A stretch of 64,000 bases of DNA from Parcubacteria group bacterium (GCA_003104935.1 PQAE01000004.1:6835-70834), one strand, 5' to 3'; positions 10,742 through 20,772 are shown, counted from the first letter of the stretch. The notes: a model not told the origin generated them from the letters alone. Translations and numbers: made by a program.

Positions 10742-11795
10742 AATGGAAAAAGACCGTGTCGCCGTCGGCCATAATATATTCTTTACCTTCCATGCGGATT
10801 AGTCCTTTTTCTTTAGCCTGATTCCAACCGCCGGCACTTAGCAATTCCTCCCAGCCGACTATCTCGGCGCGGATAAATCCTTTTTCAAAATCCGTGTGGA
10901 TCACACCGGCGGCTTGGGGAGCTTTACTACCGCGGCTGACAGTCCAAGCCTTGGTCTCCATGGGTCCGGTCGTTATAAAAGTAATTAAGTCAAGCAGTTT
11001 ATAACTAGTAGTGATCAGGTTATCCAGTCCGCTGTGAGCTACACCCAGCTGCTCTAAATATTCTTTAGCTTCCTCCGCAGATAATTCCGCCAGCTCGGCT
11101 TCGATCTTGGCGCAGATAGCCAGACTATTGGCCGGCAATTGTAAGTCCTGACTGAGCTGGTCTTCACTAATATTGTAGAGATAGATAATCGGCTTGGTAG
11201 TCAGTAAATTTAGCGGTTTAATTATTTTTTTCTCCTCCGTACTCAAATCTAAAGTATTAATCAACTGGTTCTGATCCAAGGCATTTTTTATTTTTTCTAT
11301 GGCAGCGTACTCTACTTCGGCGATTTTGTCGTGACTGCTTTTTAACTTGTCCTTAGCTTTGGATAAAAATTTTCCCACAGTCTCCAGATCAGCCAGGACT
11401 AGTTCCGTGTTGATAATCTCCTTGTCATATTCCGGATCCACCTTACCGTGGACATGGATGACATTATCATCATTAAATTTTCGCACTACCTGGACAATAG
11501 CATCAACTTCGCGGATATGAGTGAGGAATTTATTACCCAAGCCCTGGCCTTCGGAAGCGCCCTTGACTAGTCCAGCGATGTCCACAAATTCTATAGTAGT
11601 GGGGACCACTTTTTCCGACTTAGATATGACTGCTAATTTACTGAGCCGTTCGTCCGGCACGGCCACTACACCCACATTGGGGTCGATAGTACAAAAAGGA
11701 TAATTGAAAGCATCGACCTTATTTTTAGTTAAGGCCTGGAAAAGTGTTGATTTGCCTACGTTCGGTAGGCCGACGATGCCAAGGGAAAAAGACAT
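10734..11795 (-). CDS. ychF: Redox-regulated ATPase YchF
   Basis: [44 protein letters not shown]; start at MSFSLG. Confidence 0.97.
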   Translation of the reverse strand: MSFSLGIVGLPNVGKSTLFQALTKNKVDAFNYPFCTIDPNVGVVAVPDERLSKLAVISKSEKVVPTTIEFVDIAGLVKGASEGQGLGNKFLTHIREVDAIVQVVRKFNDDNVIHVHGKVDPEYDKEIINTELVLADLETVGKFLSKAKDKLKSSHDKIAEVEYAAIEKIKNALDQNQLINTLDLSTEEKKIIKPLNLLTTKPIIYLYNISEDQLSQDLQLPANSLAICAKIEAELAELSAEEAKEYLEQLGVAHSGLDNLITTSYKLLDLITFITTGPMETKAWTVSRGSKAPQAAGVIHTDFEKGFIRAEIVGWEELLSAGGWNQAKEKGLIRMEGKEYIMADGDTVFFHFN

Positions 11796-11940
11796 AATTT
11801 TTTTCAATAATAACGAGACTATTAAAACACACAAACACCAAAATGACAACCCGCTTGGTTTGACTTGCCTTTTATTTGGTGTTAAATTGAGTCGTCGGTT
11901 TAGTTCTCTGCAAACTGAGGTCCGTTGTGCGGGAGGTAGT

Positions 11941-12384
11941 GTGGTGACCAGAAAAATCGTCCTGGCGGGAAATGTCTCGGTGTTGGTGATTATGATCGTC
12001 CCGCTGATAATTCTGTGGACCGGGGAATCCGCGCAAAAAAGAGAGCATGCTCAGGAGCAAGATCAAATCGCCCAGGCCTACTCGGTGCAAAATGCGGTGG
12101 AGCACTACATCTATATCAATCACGGAAAATATCCGCGGACCGTCAATCAGAAAGGTTTTCGTGGCCATGTGTTCTGTGATTATCTGCCCGGTCAGAGGAA
12201 ACTGCGTAATCTGGCTACCGATCAAGCCAGCGAACCGCGCGACTATGCGGAGCTGACCTTAAACAAGGTAGCTGACCCTTACGCTATCTACTATCGTTAC
12301 TTTCCTCGGGAAAGAAAATACGCCATCTATTGTTATGGCGGCTATCCGGCTCAACCCTTGCTAGTTTTGCAAGGGAAAAAGTGA
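11941..12384 (+). CDS. Pilin/pseudopilin-like hypothetical protein
   Basis: GGAGG before the GTG start; N-terminal hydrophobic helix then VQNAVEHY..GKYP, reminiscent of GspG-like proteins; no clear class III cleavage site. Confidence 0.5.
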   Translation: MVTRKIVLAGNVSVLVIMIVPLIILWTGESAQKREHAQEQDQIAQAYSVQNAVEHYIYINHGKYPRTVNQKGFRGHVFCDYLPGQRKLRNLATDQASEPRDYAELTLNKVADPYAIYYRYFPRERKYAIYCYGGYPAQPLLVLQGKK

Positions 12385-12396
12385 GCTAAGACAAAC

Positions 12397-12435
12397 GCCT
12401 CCACTTTCTTTTTAGAAAGTGGAGGCTGCTTTTTT
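12397..12435 (+). terminator. Intrinsic terminator
   Basis: GCCTCCACTTTCT/AGAAAGTGGAGGC stem followed by a T-tract. Confidence 0.75.
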
Positions 12436-12474
12436 ATTTCTCTGGTATAGGTTATAATTCTTTTGCTATATGAA

Positions 12475-12576
12475 TCCCGTTAGAAATTTAAACTAATCTT
12501 TATTAGTCAATATAATAGCGGGTTAAAACAAAAAGAATATTTTAAAGCTTAGTAAATTCGTAAATTTCTAACGGGA
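12475..12576. mobile_element. MITE-like element with 16-bp perfect terminal inverted repeats at the helicase start codon
   Basis: TCCCGTTAGAAATTTA ... TAAATTTCTAACGGGA flanked by TGAA on both sides. Confidence 0.75.
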
Positions 12577-14597
12577 TGAAGCATATTGATTTTAAAAAAG
12601 AGCTCAATGAGGAGCAATATAAGGTAGTGACAGCCGGTAGCGGAGCGCATTTGGTCTTAGCCGGTGCCGGTAGCGGTAAGACGCGGACTTTGGTTTACCG
12701 TGTGGCCTGGCTTTTAGAGCAGGGGGTTAAGCCAGATAAAATATTACTACTTACTTTTACCAATAAAGCGGCGAGTGGCATGATGAATCGGGTTCGGGAA
12801 ATCCTGGGGTATAGAGAAAATCAAAAATTGATTCTCTGGGGCGGAACTTTTCATGCTATTGCCAATAGATTATTGCGCCAGTACGGAAAATATATAAATA
12901 TTGCACCAGATTTTACCATAATTGATGCGGATGATTCTGAAAGATTGATTAAAATTATTTGCAAGGAAATCCTAGGGGATATTAAAGATGCGCGACGACC
13001 TTCGCCGGGTATTATTAAAGAAGTGATTAGCTTTGCGGCCAACGCCAAGATTGATCTAGAAGAAAGTCTGGACAGAAAGTTTAGCGATTGGTCCGGCTGG
13101 CTGCCGGATCTGCAAAAAGTGGCGGCCGAATATGAACGCCGCAAGACTATGTCCAATGTTTTAGATTTTGATGATCTACTGACTAAGTGGTTGGAGCTGA
13201 CCCGCCACCCGGAGGCCGGTAAGAAACTGGCTGATAAGTGGGAGCACATCCTGGTCGACGAATATCAGGATACCAATACGGTGCAGGCGGAAATTATCTA
13301 TAACCTCAGCCGGCACATTAAAAATGTTTTAGTGGTAGGGGACGACGCGCAAAGCATTTACTCTTTCCGAGCGGCGGATGTGGCCAATATTTTAGAGTTT
13401 CCGGAAAGATTTAAAAACACCCAGATCCACAAGCTGGAAACTAATTATCGCTCCAGCCCGGAAATATTAAAACTAGCTAACTCTATTTTCACCGCCCAGG
13501 ATCAGCAGTTTGTCAAAAATTTAAAGGCCATCAAAGACAGCTGTATCTTGCCTCAGCTGGTCGCCCTGCGCAGTAATCAGGAAGAAGCTTGGTTTGTAGT
13601 GGAGCGCATCCGGGATTTACTGGAGGAAGGGGTATCGCCGCGCAATATCGCTGTGCTTTTCCGGGCCGCATCAAATAGTCAGGCTTTAGAATTAGAACTA
13701 AACAAAAGAGGAATAAATTACGAAATGCGCGGCGGACTAAAGTTTTTTGCCCGGGCGCATATCAAAGATATCTTGTCTTTTATAAAAATTTTAGGAAATT
13801 GGCGGGACGAGATTTCCTGGTTGCGTATATTACAAATGTACGAAGGCATCGGGCCGATCACGGCGCAACAGATTTTTCAACGTTTTAAAGAATATAAAGA
13901 TTTTCCCGAGTTACTGCAGGCAAAAATAATTTTGGCCGATAAAGCCGGTAAAAGCTGGTCAAAAATCTCCTCAGTTTTTGAACAACTGGAAAAGTTAAAA
14001 GGACATAATTTGCGGGAGCTGATCGAAGTGGTGTTGGCCGAATATACCGACTATCTGACCGCTACCTATAGCGATTTTAAACAGAGAGAGGACGATTTGG
14101 AGCAGTTAGCGCTTTTTGCCACGGGTTATGATAATCTGGAAATATTTTTAAATGAAATTAGTTTGCAGGAAAGCTTTAGCGGCCAGGAAGCCAGTAACGG
14201 CCAGAAGGACGCCATTATTCTCAGTACGGTCCATCAGGCCAAGGGGCTAGAGTGGGATGCGGTCTTTATCATTAATCTGACCAATCAGTCCTTCCCACAC
14301 CCCTTATCATCCAGCCCAGCTGAAGAAGCTGAAGAAAAGAGATTGTTTTATGTGGCCGTTACCCGAGCGATTCGGCATCTGTATCTGTGTTACCCTTTAG
14401 CCGTATTTCGCTATGATGGTCAGCAAAGTATGGGTCCCTCGCCATTTATTACTCAACTGGAAAGTAGTCTATTTCGGCGTAATGATCTAGCCCGCACTAC
14501 CCTTAATCGCAGTGCCGAGGGTGTGGAGTATGTCATCGACCCGGATTATAAAGACCACGACAGTGACGGATTTTTACCCGATGTTAGTGTCTGGTAA
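12576..14597 (+). CDS. UvrD/PcrA-family ATP-dependent DNA helicase
   Basis: AGAGSGKT, LVDEYQDTN, VGDDAQSIYSFR, STVHQAKGLEW, YVAVTRA. Confidence 0.95.
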   Translation: MKHIDFKKELNEEQYKVVTAGSGAHLVLAGAGSGKTRTLVYRVAWLLEQGVKPDKILLLTFTNKAASGMMNRVREILGYRENQKLILWGGTFHAIANRLLRQYGKYINIAPDFTIIDADDSERLIKIICKEILGDIKDARRPSPGIIKEVISFAANAKIDLEESLDRKFSDWSGWLPDLQKVAAEYERRKTMSNVLDFDDLLTKWLELTRHPEAGKKLADKWEHILVDEYQDTNTVQAEIIYNLSRHIKNVLVVGDDAQSIYSFRAADVANILEFPERFKNTQIHKLETNYRSSPEILKLANSIFTAQDQQFVKNLKAIKDSCILPQLVALRSNQEEAWFVVERIRDLLEEGVSPRNIAVLFRAASNSQALELELNKRGINYEMRGGLKFFARAHIKDILSFIKILGNWRDEISWLRILQMYEGIGPITAQQIFQRFKEYKDFPELLQAKIILADKAGKSWSKISSVFEQLEKLKGHNLRELIEVVLAEYTDYLTATYSDFKQREDDLEQLALFATGYDNLEIFLNEISLQESFSGQEASNGQKDAIILSTVHQAKGLEWDAVFIINLTNQSFPHPLSSSPAEEAEEKRLFYVAVTRAIRHLYLCYPLAVFRYDGQQSMGPSPFITQLESSLFRRNDLARTTLNRSAEGVEYVIDPDYKDHDSDGFLPDVSVW

Positions 14598-14649
14598 TAA
14601 TCTGTGATTTAGGGTAAAATTTGATAGTAATTTTTTATCATCCGCAGGC

Positions 14650-15441
14650 ATGGAAAATAAAAAAGATATTATTGTCTTGGATTTAGAGACCAAGAAAACA
14701 TTTGACGAAGTGGGCGGACAGCACAACCGGCATCTTTTGGGCGTATCCTTGGTCGGCATCTATTCTTTTAACCGGGATAAATACAAGGGTTTTAAAGAAG
14801 AGGAGTTTGGCGAACTTTTAAAATTATTACAAGATACAGAATTAGTTATTGGCTTTAACAGCAAGAGTTTTGATTTTGAAGTGTTGCAACCATATTTTAA
14901 GGATTTTGATTTAAAGACGGTTCCGCACTTAGATATATTGGAAGAAATAGTTTATGCTCTAGGTCATCGCCTGAAATTGGAAACAGTCGCCCAAAGCACC
15001 TTGGGCTATGGCAAGTCAGGCAGTGGTCTGGATGCTATTATGTATTTTAGAAATAATGATTGGGACAAACTGGTCAAATATTGTTTGGATGACGTCAAGG
15101 TGACCAAGGAGGTTTATGAGTATGGGCTAAATCATGGTTATATCTGGTATCAAAATGCCGGACAAAAGGAAAAAATAATGGCCCGTTGGCGCAAAAATGA
15201 AAACACCAGCATACCGCAAATAGTAACCGAGGCTTTACAAAAAGGCGATCAGCTGGAAATAGAATATATGGATGACAATGGACAGGTGACCAACCGGAAA
15301 GTTGACATTCAGCAGATAAATGGAGATAAGATTAAAGCTTATTGCCATTTGCGTCAGGCCTTGCGCGTTTTTGATCTGGCTAAAATAAAAAAAGCCACGG
15401 TGGTGGGTAAGATGGACTCTTGGCAAAAGAGTTTGCTATAA
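14650..15441 (+). CDS. RNase H-like (DEDD/YprB-like) exonuclease fused to a C-terminal WYL domain
   Basis: VLDLET, IGFNSKSFD, YCLDDV; C-terminal LEIEY..R.V..AYCHLRQALRVF. Confidence 0.8.
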   Translation: MENKKDIIVLDLETKKTFDEVGGQHNRHLLGVSLVGIYSFNRDKYKGFKEEEFGELLKLLQDTELVIGFNSKSFDFEVLQPYFKDFDLKTVPHLDILEEIVYALGHRLKLETVAQSTLGYGKSGSGLDAIMYFRNNDWDKLVKYCLDDVKVTKEVYEYGLNHGYIWYQNAGQKEKIMARWRKNENTSIPQIVTEALQKGDQLEIEYMDDNGQVTNRKVDIQQINGDKIKAYCHLRQALRVFDLAKIKKATVVGKMDSWQKSLL

Positions 15442-15483
15442 TTATTTTTATAAATTTTTTGGACCGAGTGACCACCAGAATCA

Positions 15484-15550
15484 TCATTTCCGCGCATGCG
15501 GGAATCCCAATCCTCAGAGAATTGAGATGCCGGACTAAAGCCGGAATGAC
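15484..15550. repeat. REP-like palindromic repeat (TCATT...AATGAC type)
   Basis: TCATTTCCGCGCATGCGGGAATC ... GATGCCGGACTAAAGCCGGAATGAC. Confidence 0.65.
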
Positions 15551-15580
15551 AATAAAAGGTCAGCTTCGGCCGACCTTAAT

Positions 15581-16420
15581 TTACTTTTTATTTCTTTCCG
15601 CTAACTTCACAGTATTATAAAGCAACATCGCCACAGTCATCGGTCCGACACCTCCTGGCACAGGTGTAATGTGCGAGACTTTTTCAAAAACTCCGCTGTA
15701 GTCCACGTCGCCCACAGTATATTTATCGTCAATTTTATTAGTGCCAACATCGATCACTATCGCCCCATCTTTGACCATCTCTTCAGTGATAGCAAAAGCT
15801 TTACCAATAGCTGTAATTAAAATATCAGCGGTTAGAGTTTTGTCCTTGAGACTTTTTTCTGTGGGAGAAACTATTTCTGTAACAACATCCTGATCGTTTA
15901 ACAATTTAGCTAAAGGTCGGTAAAGTATCTGGCTCTTGGCCACAATGACCGCCTTTTTTCCGTTTAAGTTTTCGCCGGTAGATTTTATGAGTTTAATTAT
16001 GCCGAGAGGTAACCCAGGAATAAAGTCGGTTTGCTGAGCCAAGAATTTTTCAATATTTTTTGCATGAAAACCGTCCACATCTTTGGTCGGATCAATAGCC
16101 GAAACTATTTTATCAGTGTCCAGGCCGGCGGGTAAAGGTAGTTGGACCAAGATCGCATCTATTTCTGAATCATTATTTAAAAAGTTTATAGTTTCTAATA
16201 CCTTAGTTTCACTACTGTCCGCCGCTAATAGATATTCATGAAAAGCAATGCCAATTTTCTGGCAGGCTTTCTTTTTCAGGCCGACATAGAGGCGGGAGGC
16301 GGGATCATTACCAACCAAAACGACAGCTAAATTGGGATTTAGTTTTTTAGCAGTGATTTCTTTGGTTAGCTCAGCTTGGATCTCTTCGGCCAAAGCTTTG
16401 CCGTCTATGATTTTAGGCAT
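15581..16420 (-). CDS. folD: Methylenetetrahydrofolate dehydrogenase/cyclohydrolase
   Basis: IDGKALA, ILVQLPLP, KDVDGF, TPVPGGVGPMT. Confidence 0.96.
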   Translation of the reverse strand: MPKIIDGKALAEEIQAELTKEITAKKLNPNLAVVLVGNDPASRLYVGLKKKACQKIGIAFHEYLLAADSSETKVLETINFLNNDSEIDAILVQLPLPAGLDTDKIVSAIDPTKDVDGFHAKNIEKFLAQQTDFIPGLPLGIIKLIKSTGENLNGKKAVIVAKSQILYRPLAKLLNDQDVVTEIVSPTEKSLKDKTLTADILITAIGKAFAITEEMVKDGAIVIDVGTNKIDDKYTVGDVDYSGVFEKVSHITPVPGGVGPMTVAMLLYNTVKLAERNKK

Positions 16421-16428
16421 AATATTTT

Positions 16429-16513
16429 GCTATTGCGAGGACCCTGGACCATATGGTGCAGGGGACGAAGCAATCCCAATGAGATTGCCGCGCCCTTTCG
16501 GGCTCGAAAAGCG
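16429..16513. repeat. REP-like palindromic repeat (family B)
   Basis: GCTATTGCGAGG..GACGAAGCAATC..GAGATTGCCGCGCCC..GGGCTCG; relatives at 34348 and 37285. Confidence 0.75.
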
Positions 16514-16515
16514 GA

Positions 16516-17781
16516 TTAATTTAATTCCGGATACAGCGGAAACTCATCCATCAAATTAAGTATTTTCTTTTTATTTTCTGGTGTGGCTTGTTTAGACTTG
16601 AGACTATCAATAATAATTTCCGCGATCACAGCTATATCTTTTTCTTTCAGCCCGCGGGTGGCCAGGGCGGCCGTACCCAGCCGGATGCCAGAAGGATCCA
16701 TGGGCTTACGCTGGTCAAAAGGGATCATATTTTTATTAGTGTAGATATTGACACTATCCAGAAGAGTTTCCGCTTCCTGACCGGAGAGCCCTACGGTGGT
16801 GACGTCTAACATTAGCAGATGATTATCAGTGCCACCAGAGACCATTCTAATGTCGGCTTCTCTGAATTTATTTTCTAGAATTTTGCAATTAGTCAAAATT
16901 TGTTTTTGATAATCCACGAAATCAGAACTCAGTGCCTCGCCAAAAGCTACGGCCTTGGCCGCCACGATGTGTTCTAGCGGTCCACCCTGCATGCCCGGAA
17001 AAACAGCCGAGTCAATTTTTTGGGCCAGGTTTTTTTTATCTTCCGGATTCAGGCGGTCGGCTATTTTGGACAAAATAATGGCGCCGCGCGGTCCGCGTAA
17101 AGTCTTGTGCGTAGTAGTAGTGACTACATCGGAGACCGGTATGGGATCGGGGTGTAATTTCGCGGCCACCAGTCCGGCGATGTGAGCCATATCCACCATC
17201 AGATAAGCGCCGACCTCATCGGCTATTTTTTTAAATTCAGCAAAATCAATTTTCCGGGAATAAGCCGAGGCACCGGCCAAAATAATTTTTGGTTTATGTT
17301 CCTGGGCTAATTTTCTGACTTCAGCAAAATCAATCAGCTCGGTTTCTTTATTTACTCCGTAGTGAATAAAATTGTAAAATTTACCGGAAAAATTAACCGG
17401 ATGTCCGTGCGTCAGATGTCCGCCATGGGCCAGAGAAAAACCGAGGATAGTGTCGCCCAGATTGGCCAGAGCAAAATAGGCTTCGGCATTGGCCTGACTG
17501 CCGGCATGGGGCTGGACATTGGCATGCTCGGCACCAAATAGCTGTTTGGCTCTATTTATAGCCAGTGCTTCGGCCTGATCGATAAATTCATTGCCGCCAT
17601 AGTAGCGTTTGCTGGGGTAACCCTCAGCATATTTATTGGTTAGCACCGAACCGGCCGCTTCCAAGACGGCCAGGGACACAAAATTTTCCGAGGCGATCAT
17701 TTCCGCACCCTGGCGTTGGCGCTGTAGTTCGGCGGCGATAATTTTAGCAATGGCCGGGTCTGATTTTTCCAGATACTTCAT
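16516..17781 (-). CDS. glyA: Serine hydroxymethyltransferase
   Basis: [27 protein letters not shown]. Confidence 0.98.
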   Translation of the reverse strand: MKYLEKSDPAIAKIIAAELQRQRQGAEMIASENFVSLAVLEAAGSVLTNKYAEGYPSKRYYGGNEFIDQAEALAINRAKQLFGAEHANVQPHAGSQANAEAYFALANLGDTILGFSLAHGGHLTHGHPVNFSGKFYNFIHYGVNKETELIDFAEVRKLAQEHKPKIILAGASAYSRKIDFAEFKKIADEVGAYLMVDMAHIAGLVAAKLHPDPIPVSDVVTTTTHKTLRGPRGAIILSKIADRLNPEDKKNLAQKIDSAVFPGMQGGPLEHIVAAKAVAFGEALSSDFVDYQKQILTNCKILENKFREADIRMVSGGTDNHLLMLDVTTVGLSGQEAETLLDSVNIYTNKNMIPFDQRKPMDPSGIRLGTAALATRGLKEKDIAVIAEIIIDSLKSKQATPENKKKILNLMDEFPLYPELN

Positions 17782-17835
17782 AATTTTCCCTAATATTAAA
17801 GTATATTTAGTGTAGCATAAAGAAAAGATAAAAAG

Positions 17836-17870
17836 AAAGACCTAAGCGAGCCGGGCCCGATTAGGTCTTT
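17836..17870 (-). terminator. Hairpin terminator
   Basis: AAAGACCTAA..TTAGGTCTTT inverted repeat after the HTH gene. Confidence 0.6.
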
Positions 17871-17885
17871 CCAAGGGCTAGTAAC

Positions 17886-18350
17886 CTATTTACTTGGCAT
17901 TTTTTTAGCCCTAGTAAGTAGCTCTACTTCCAAAAAACGCCAGTAGCGGCCTCTCTTGATGGCACCCTTGATCTGGTTGGCTCGCGCCAACTTTATTATT
18001 TTCCTGGGAGAAAGTCCGGTCAGTTCGGCCGCTTGGCGACTATCGAGCAGTCGGCCGTGATTTCGGCGACACTGCTCGCGGTGGTGGGCGTTGGAAAAAT
18101 CGGTATAAAGATTGAGCAACTCTATCCGCATTTCCCCCAGATTGGCGCCGCAGTCTTCCACCAATGCCGTGAAGTTAATGGACACGGGCAGTTTTCCGCC
18201 GTGCTTGACGATCGGCACGTAGATCTCGATTATACGCATCGATTTCAGGTAGCGGTGTTGTAGAGGTCCCTTGCCTGCCAGATCCAGCAGAAAGGAAATA
18301 AATAATTCCCTTTCACTAATAGAGAGCTGGTGGACCCAGTCAAGTTTCAA
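17886..18350 (-). CDS. Hypothetical protein with C-terminal excisionase-type HTH
   Basis: LLDSRQAAELTGLS..IKGAIKRGRYWRF; GGAGG upstream. Confidence 0.7.
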   Translation of the reverse strand: MKLDWVHQLSISERELFISFLLDLAGKGPLQHRYLKSMRIIEIYVPIVKHGGKLPVSINFTALVEDCGANLGEMRIELLNLYTDFSNAHHREQCRRNHGRLLDSRQAAELTGLSPRKIIKLARANQIKGAIKRGRYWRFLEVELLTRAKKMPSK

Positions 18351-18467
18351 TTTGTCGCCTCCTCTTTGGAAAAAAAGTTCAGGTACGATATGGTCCCGAC
18401 CGACCAGATGGTTAGACGGGCTAAAACAGAAATATTAAACAGCAGTCATGCAACTTTGTCAAGAGAA

Positions 18468-20117
18468 CTACAATTTTTTTGTCAGATAAGTCCCTTCCAA
18501 ATGATAATCGAGTTTACGGTAATAGCTTCTTACTCCAATTCCGGAAATTACGGCTATCTTATGGAGATTATTTCCCAGGGTTATTTTTTCCGCCTCAGCC
18601 ATCAATTTTTTGCCCAGTCCCAAGTGCTGGGAGCGTCCGTTGGCCTCATTTTCATCTCTGATTTCATCACCGCCGGTGGGAATCATCCGTCCATACACAT
18701 GCAGTTCGCGCACCAGTGAGGCGTTCTTCAACTCGGGAAAGATATTTTCCGCCGGATTATTATTTATGCGCAGGCGCAAGAAAGCATAGACTTTGCTTCG
18801 GTCAGAATTTTCATAACTTAGAAAAAATTCCTGGCCACCTGAGGCTTCATATTTTCTGATGACTAAAATGGCCTGTTCAATTTCCTCGTTGTCGTTGCGC
18901 ACCTCGCGACAACGGAGGCACTGGCATTTTTGGCCACGTTTACTCAGTTCCTTTTGCAGATACTGCCGCAGATTGGTGATGCGATTGCCGGCCACGATAC
19001 TTTCCTGAGGTATATCACGAATTAATCGGTTTATGCGCATATAGGGCGGAACTAAAGTCTTCACTTCTAGTAATAATTCTAAAAGCTCCTTTTCGCTATA
19101 TGGTTGATAATCGCCATTTTTAAACAAATTATAGAGCTCGGCATAGGGGTTGACTATACAGGGATAAATTTTTATTTGATCGGGTTGTAAATCCGGAGAA
19201 GAAAAAACATATTTAAACATTTTCAGATCCTTGGCTGGCGTGGAGCGGGGCAAATCGGGCATATAGTGATGGTCAACTTTAAAACCGGCATCTTTAAGCA
19301 TCTTGGTCGCGGCAATACTTTGCTCGATACTATGACCGCGCTTAATGTAATCCAAAATTTTATTATCGCTATGTTGGACGCCAATCTGTACTCTGGTGGC
19401 TCCCAAACGGCGCATTTTTTTTATTTCATTTTCATTAATAAAGTCCGGACGGGTCTCCAAGGTTAGCCCGATTATTTTGTAGCGGGCATCTTCATTTATT
19501 TTTTGTTCTTTTTCCAGACTTAGTGGTTTTCTTTTTATTGTGTCAGCTCCACCAAAGGCGGACCTGCTGTGGGCGGGAAAAGTATTGGCGGCATAAAATA
19601 GGTCGCGCACAAATTCATTCTGATATTCACCAGGATAGACTGACCAGGTGCCACCGAGAATAAGCACCTCCAGTTTATCCACCTGATGGCCGTTATTTTC
19701 TAAGGCTTTTATACGCATAGTCATCTGCCGTAGGGGATCAAAGAGGTTCATCTTGGCCCGGGCAGCGGCCGGTTCATTAGATAAATAACTCTTAGGCATG
19801 TCCGGTTCGGTCGGGCAGTAAACGCATTTTCCCGGGCAGGCAAAAGGTTTGCTCAATACGGTAATGACCGAGACACCGGAAAGAGTTCGGATCGCACGTT
19901 TGGTCAGCAACCGGGAAAATCTCTGGTTTTCCTTGATTTTACCCTGATTTACCAATTGACGATAGAGAGAAATCAGTGTAGCTTTATTAAGTGGAGCGCT
20001 GTGTATTTTAGCAAAAGCCTGTCGCCAGGCGCGGGCAAAATCAAGCTCCGTGGCTCCAGGATTTTGGGCCAATTGAATTATAATTTCTTTTAATTTTTTT
20101 TCACTAATTTTTTCCAT
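18468..20117 (-). CDS. elp3: Elp3-family radical SAM/KAT tRNA uridine(34) carboxymethyltransferase
   Basis: RTLSGV, CPGKCVYCP, PKSY, ETRPD, VRELHVYG, QHLGLG, VISGIGVRSYY. Confidence 0.92.
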   Translation of the reverse strand: MEKISEKKLKEIIIQLAQNPGATELDFARAWRQAFAKIHSAPLNKATLISLYRQLVNQGKIKENQRFSRLLTKRAIRTLSGVSVITVLSKPFACPGKCVYCPTEPDMPKSYLSNEPAAARAKMNLFDPLRQMTMRIKALENNGHQVDKLEVLILGGTWSVYPGEYQNEFVRDLFYAANTFPAHSRSAFGGADTIKRKPLSLEKEQKINEDARYKIIGLTLETRPDFINENEIKKMRRLGATRVQIGVQHSDNKILDYIKRGHSIEQSIAATKMLKDAGFKVDHHYMPDLPRSTPAKDLKMFKYVFSSPDLQPDQIKIYPCIVNPYAELYNLFKNGDYQPYSEKELLELLLEVKTLVPPYMRINRLIRDIPQESIVAGNRITNLRQYLQKELSKRGQKCQCLRCREVRNDNEEIEQAILVIRKYEASGGQEFFLSYENSDRSKVYAFLRLRINNNPAENIFPELKNASLVRELHVYGRMIPTGGDEIRDENEANGRSQHLGLGKKLMAEAEKITLGNNLHKIAVISGIGVRSYYRKLDYHLEGTYLTKKL

Positions 20118-20772
20118 GCCGACTTTGGACAAAGTATATGATCAGATTTCGCGGGAGTTTGCGGCCTCGCGCGTCTTGGCGTGGCCAGAGCTGTCCGTGG
20201 TTATACCATATATCCAGGATGGTTTCAAGATCTTGGATCTGGGTTGCGGTTCGGGGCGGCTACTCCATACTCTAGAGTCCAGCGGAAAAAAATTTGATTA
20301 TACTGGCGTGGATTTTAGCGAGGGGTTGGTCAGCCAAGCTAGGGTGCAATTTCCGCAACGCAACTTTATCGTGGACGATATTACGCACGTGGATTTGCCC
20401 GCGGAAAGTTATGATTTGATTTGCATGGTCGCCTCCTTTCACCATTTAAAGACCAAGGAAGAGAGAGAAAAATTATTGCGCGACGTTTTCCGCTGGCTGA
20501 GACATGACGGATACTTTTTTATGACCAATTGGAATTTATGGCAGGCTAAATACCTGAAATATTATTTGAAAAATTTTTGGCAAAAAAAAAGTTGGCGCGA
20601 TTTCTATATACCCTGGAAGAGCGGGAGCGGATCCGAAGACAAACTCTGGCGCTTTTATCACAGTTTTGGCGTAGGCGAGTTAAAAAAACTCTTAGGGCAG
20701 ACCGGCTTTGTTTGCGGCCGGCACGGAGTCTATAAAACTAAGTGGAATATAGTCTCGCTAGTTAAAGAGTGA
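20116..20772 (+). CDS. Trm9/ALKBH8-like class I methyltransferase
   Basis: VYDQISREFAASR..WP, LDLGCGSG, ASFHHL, DFYIPW, RFYHSF..GEL. Confidence 0.75.
   Translation: MPTLDKVYDQISREFAASRVLAWPELSVVIPYIQDGFKILDLGCGSGRLLHTLESSGKKFDYTGVDFSEGLVSQARVQFPQRNFIVDDITHVDLPAESYDLICMVASFHHLKTKEEREKLLRDVFRWLRHDGYFFMTNWNLWQAKYLKYYLKNFWQKKSWRDFYIPWKSGSGSEDKLWRFYHSFGVGELKKLLGQTGFVCGRHGVYKTKWNIVSLVKE

Noticed and set aside
17886-18350. Excisionase marking a mobile element
   Set aside because: No integrase or att-like repeats are adjacent; treated as a solitary HTH gene
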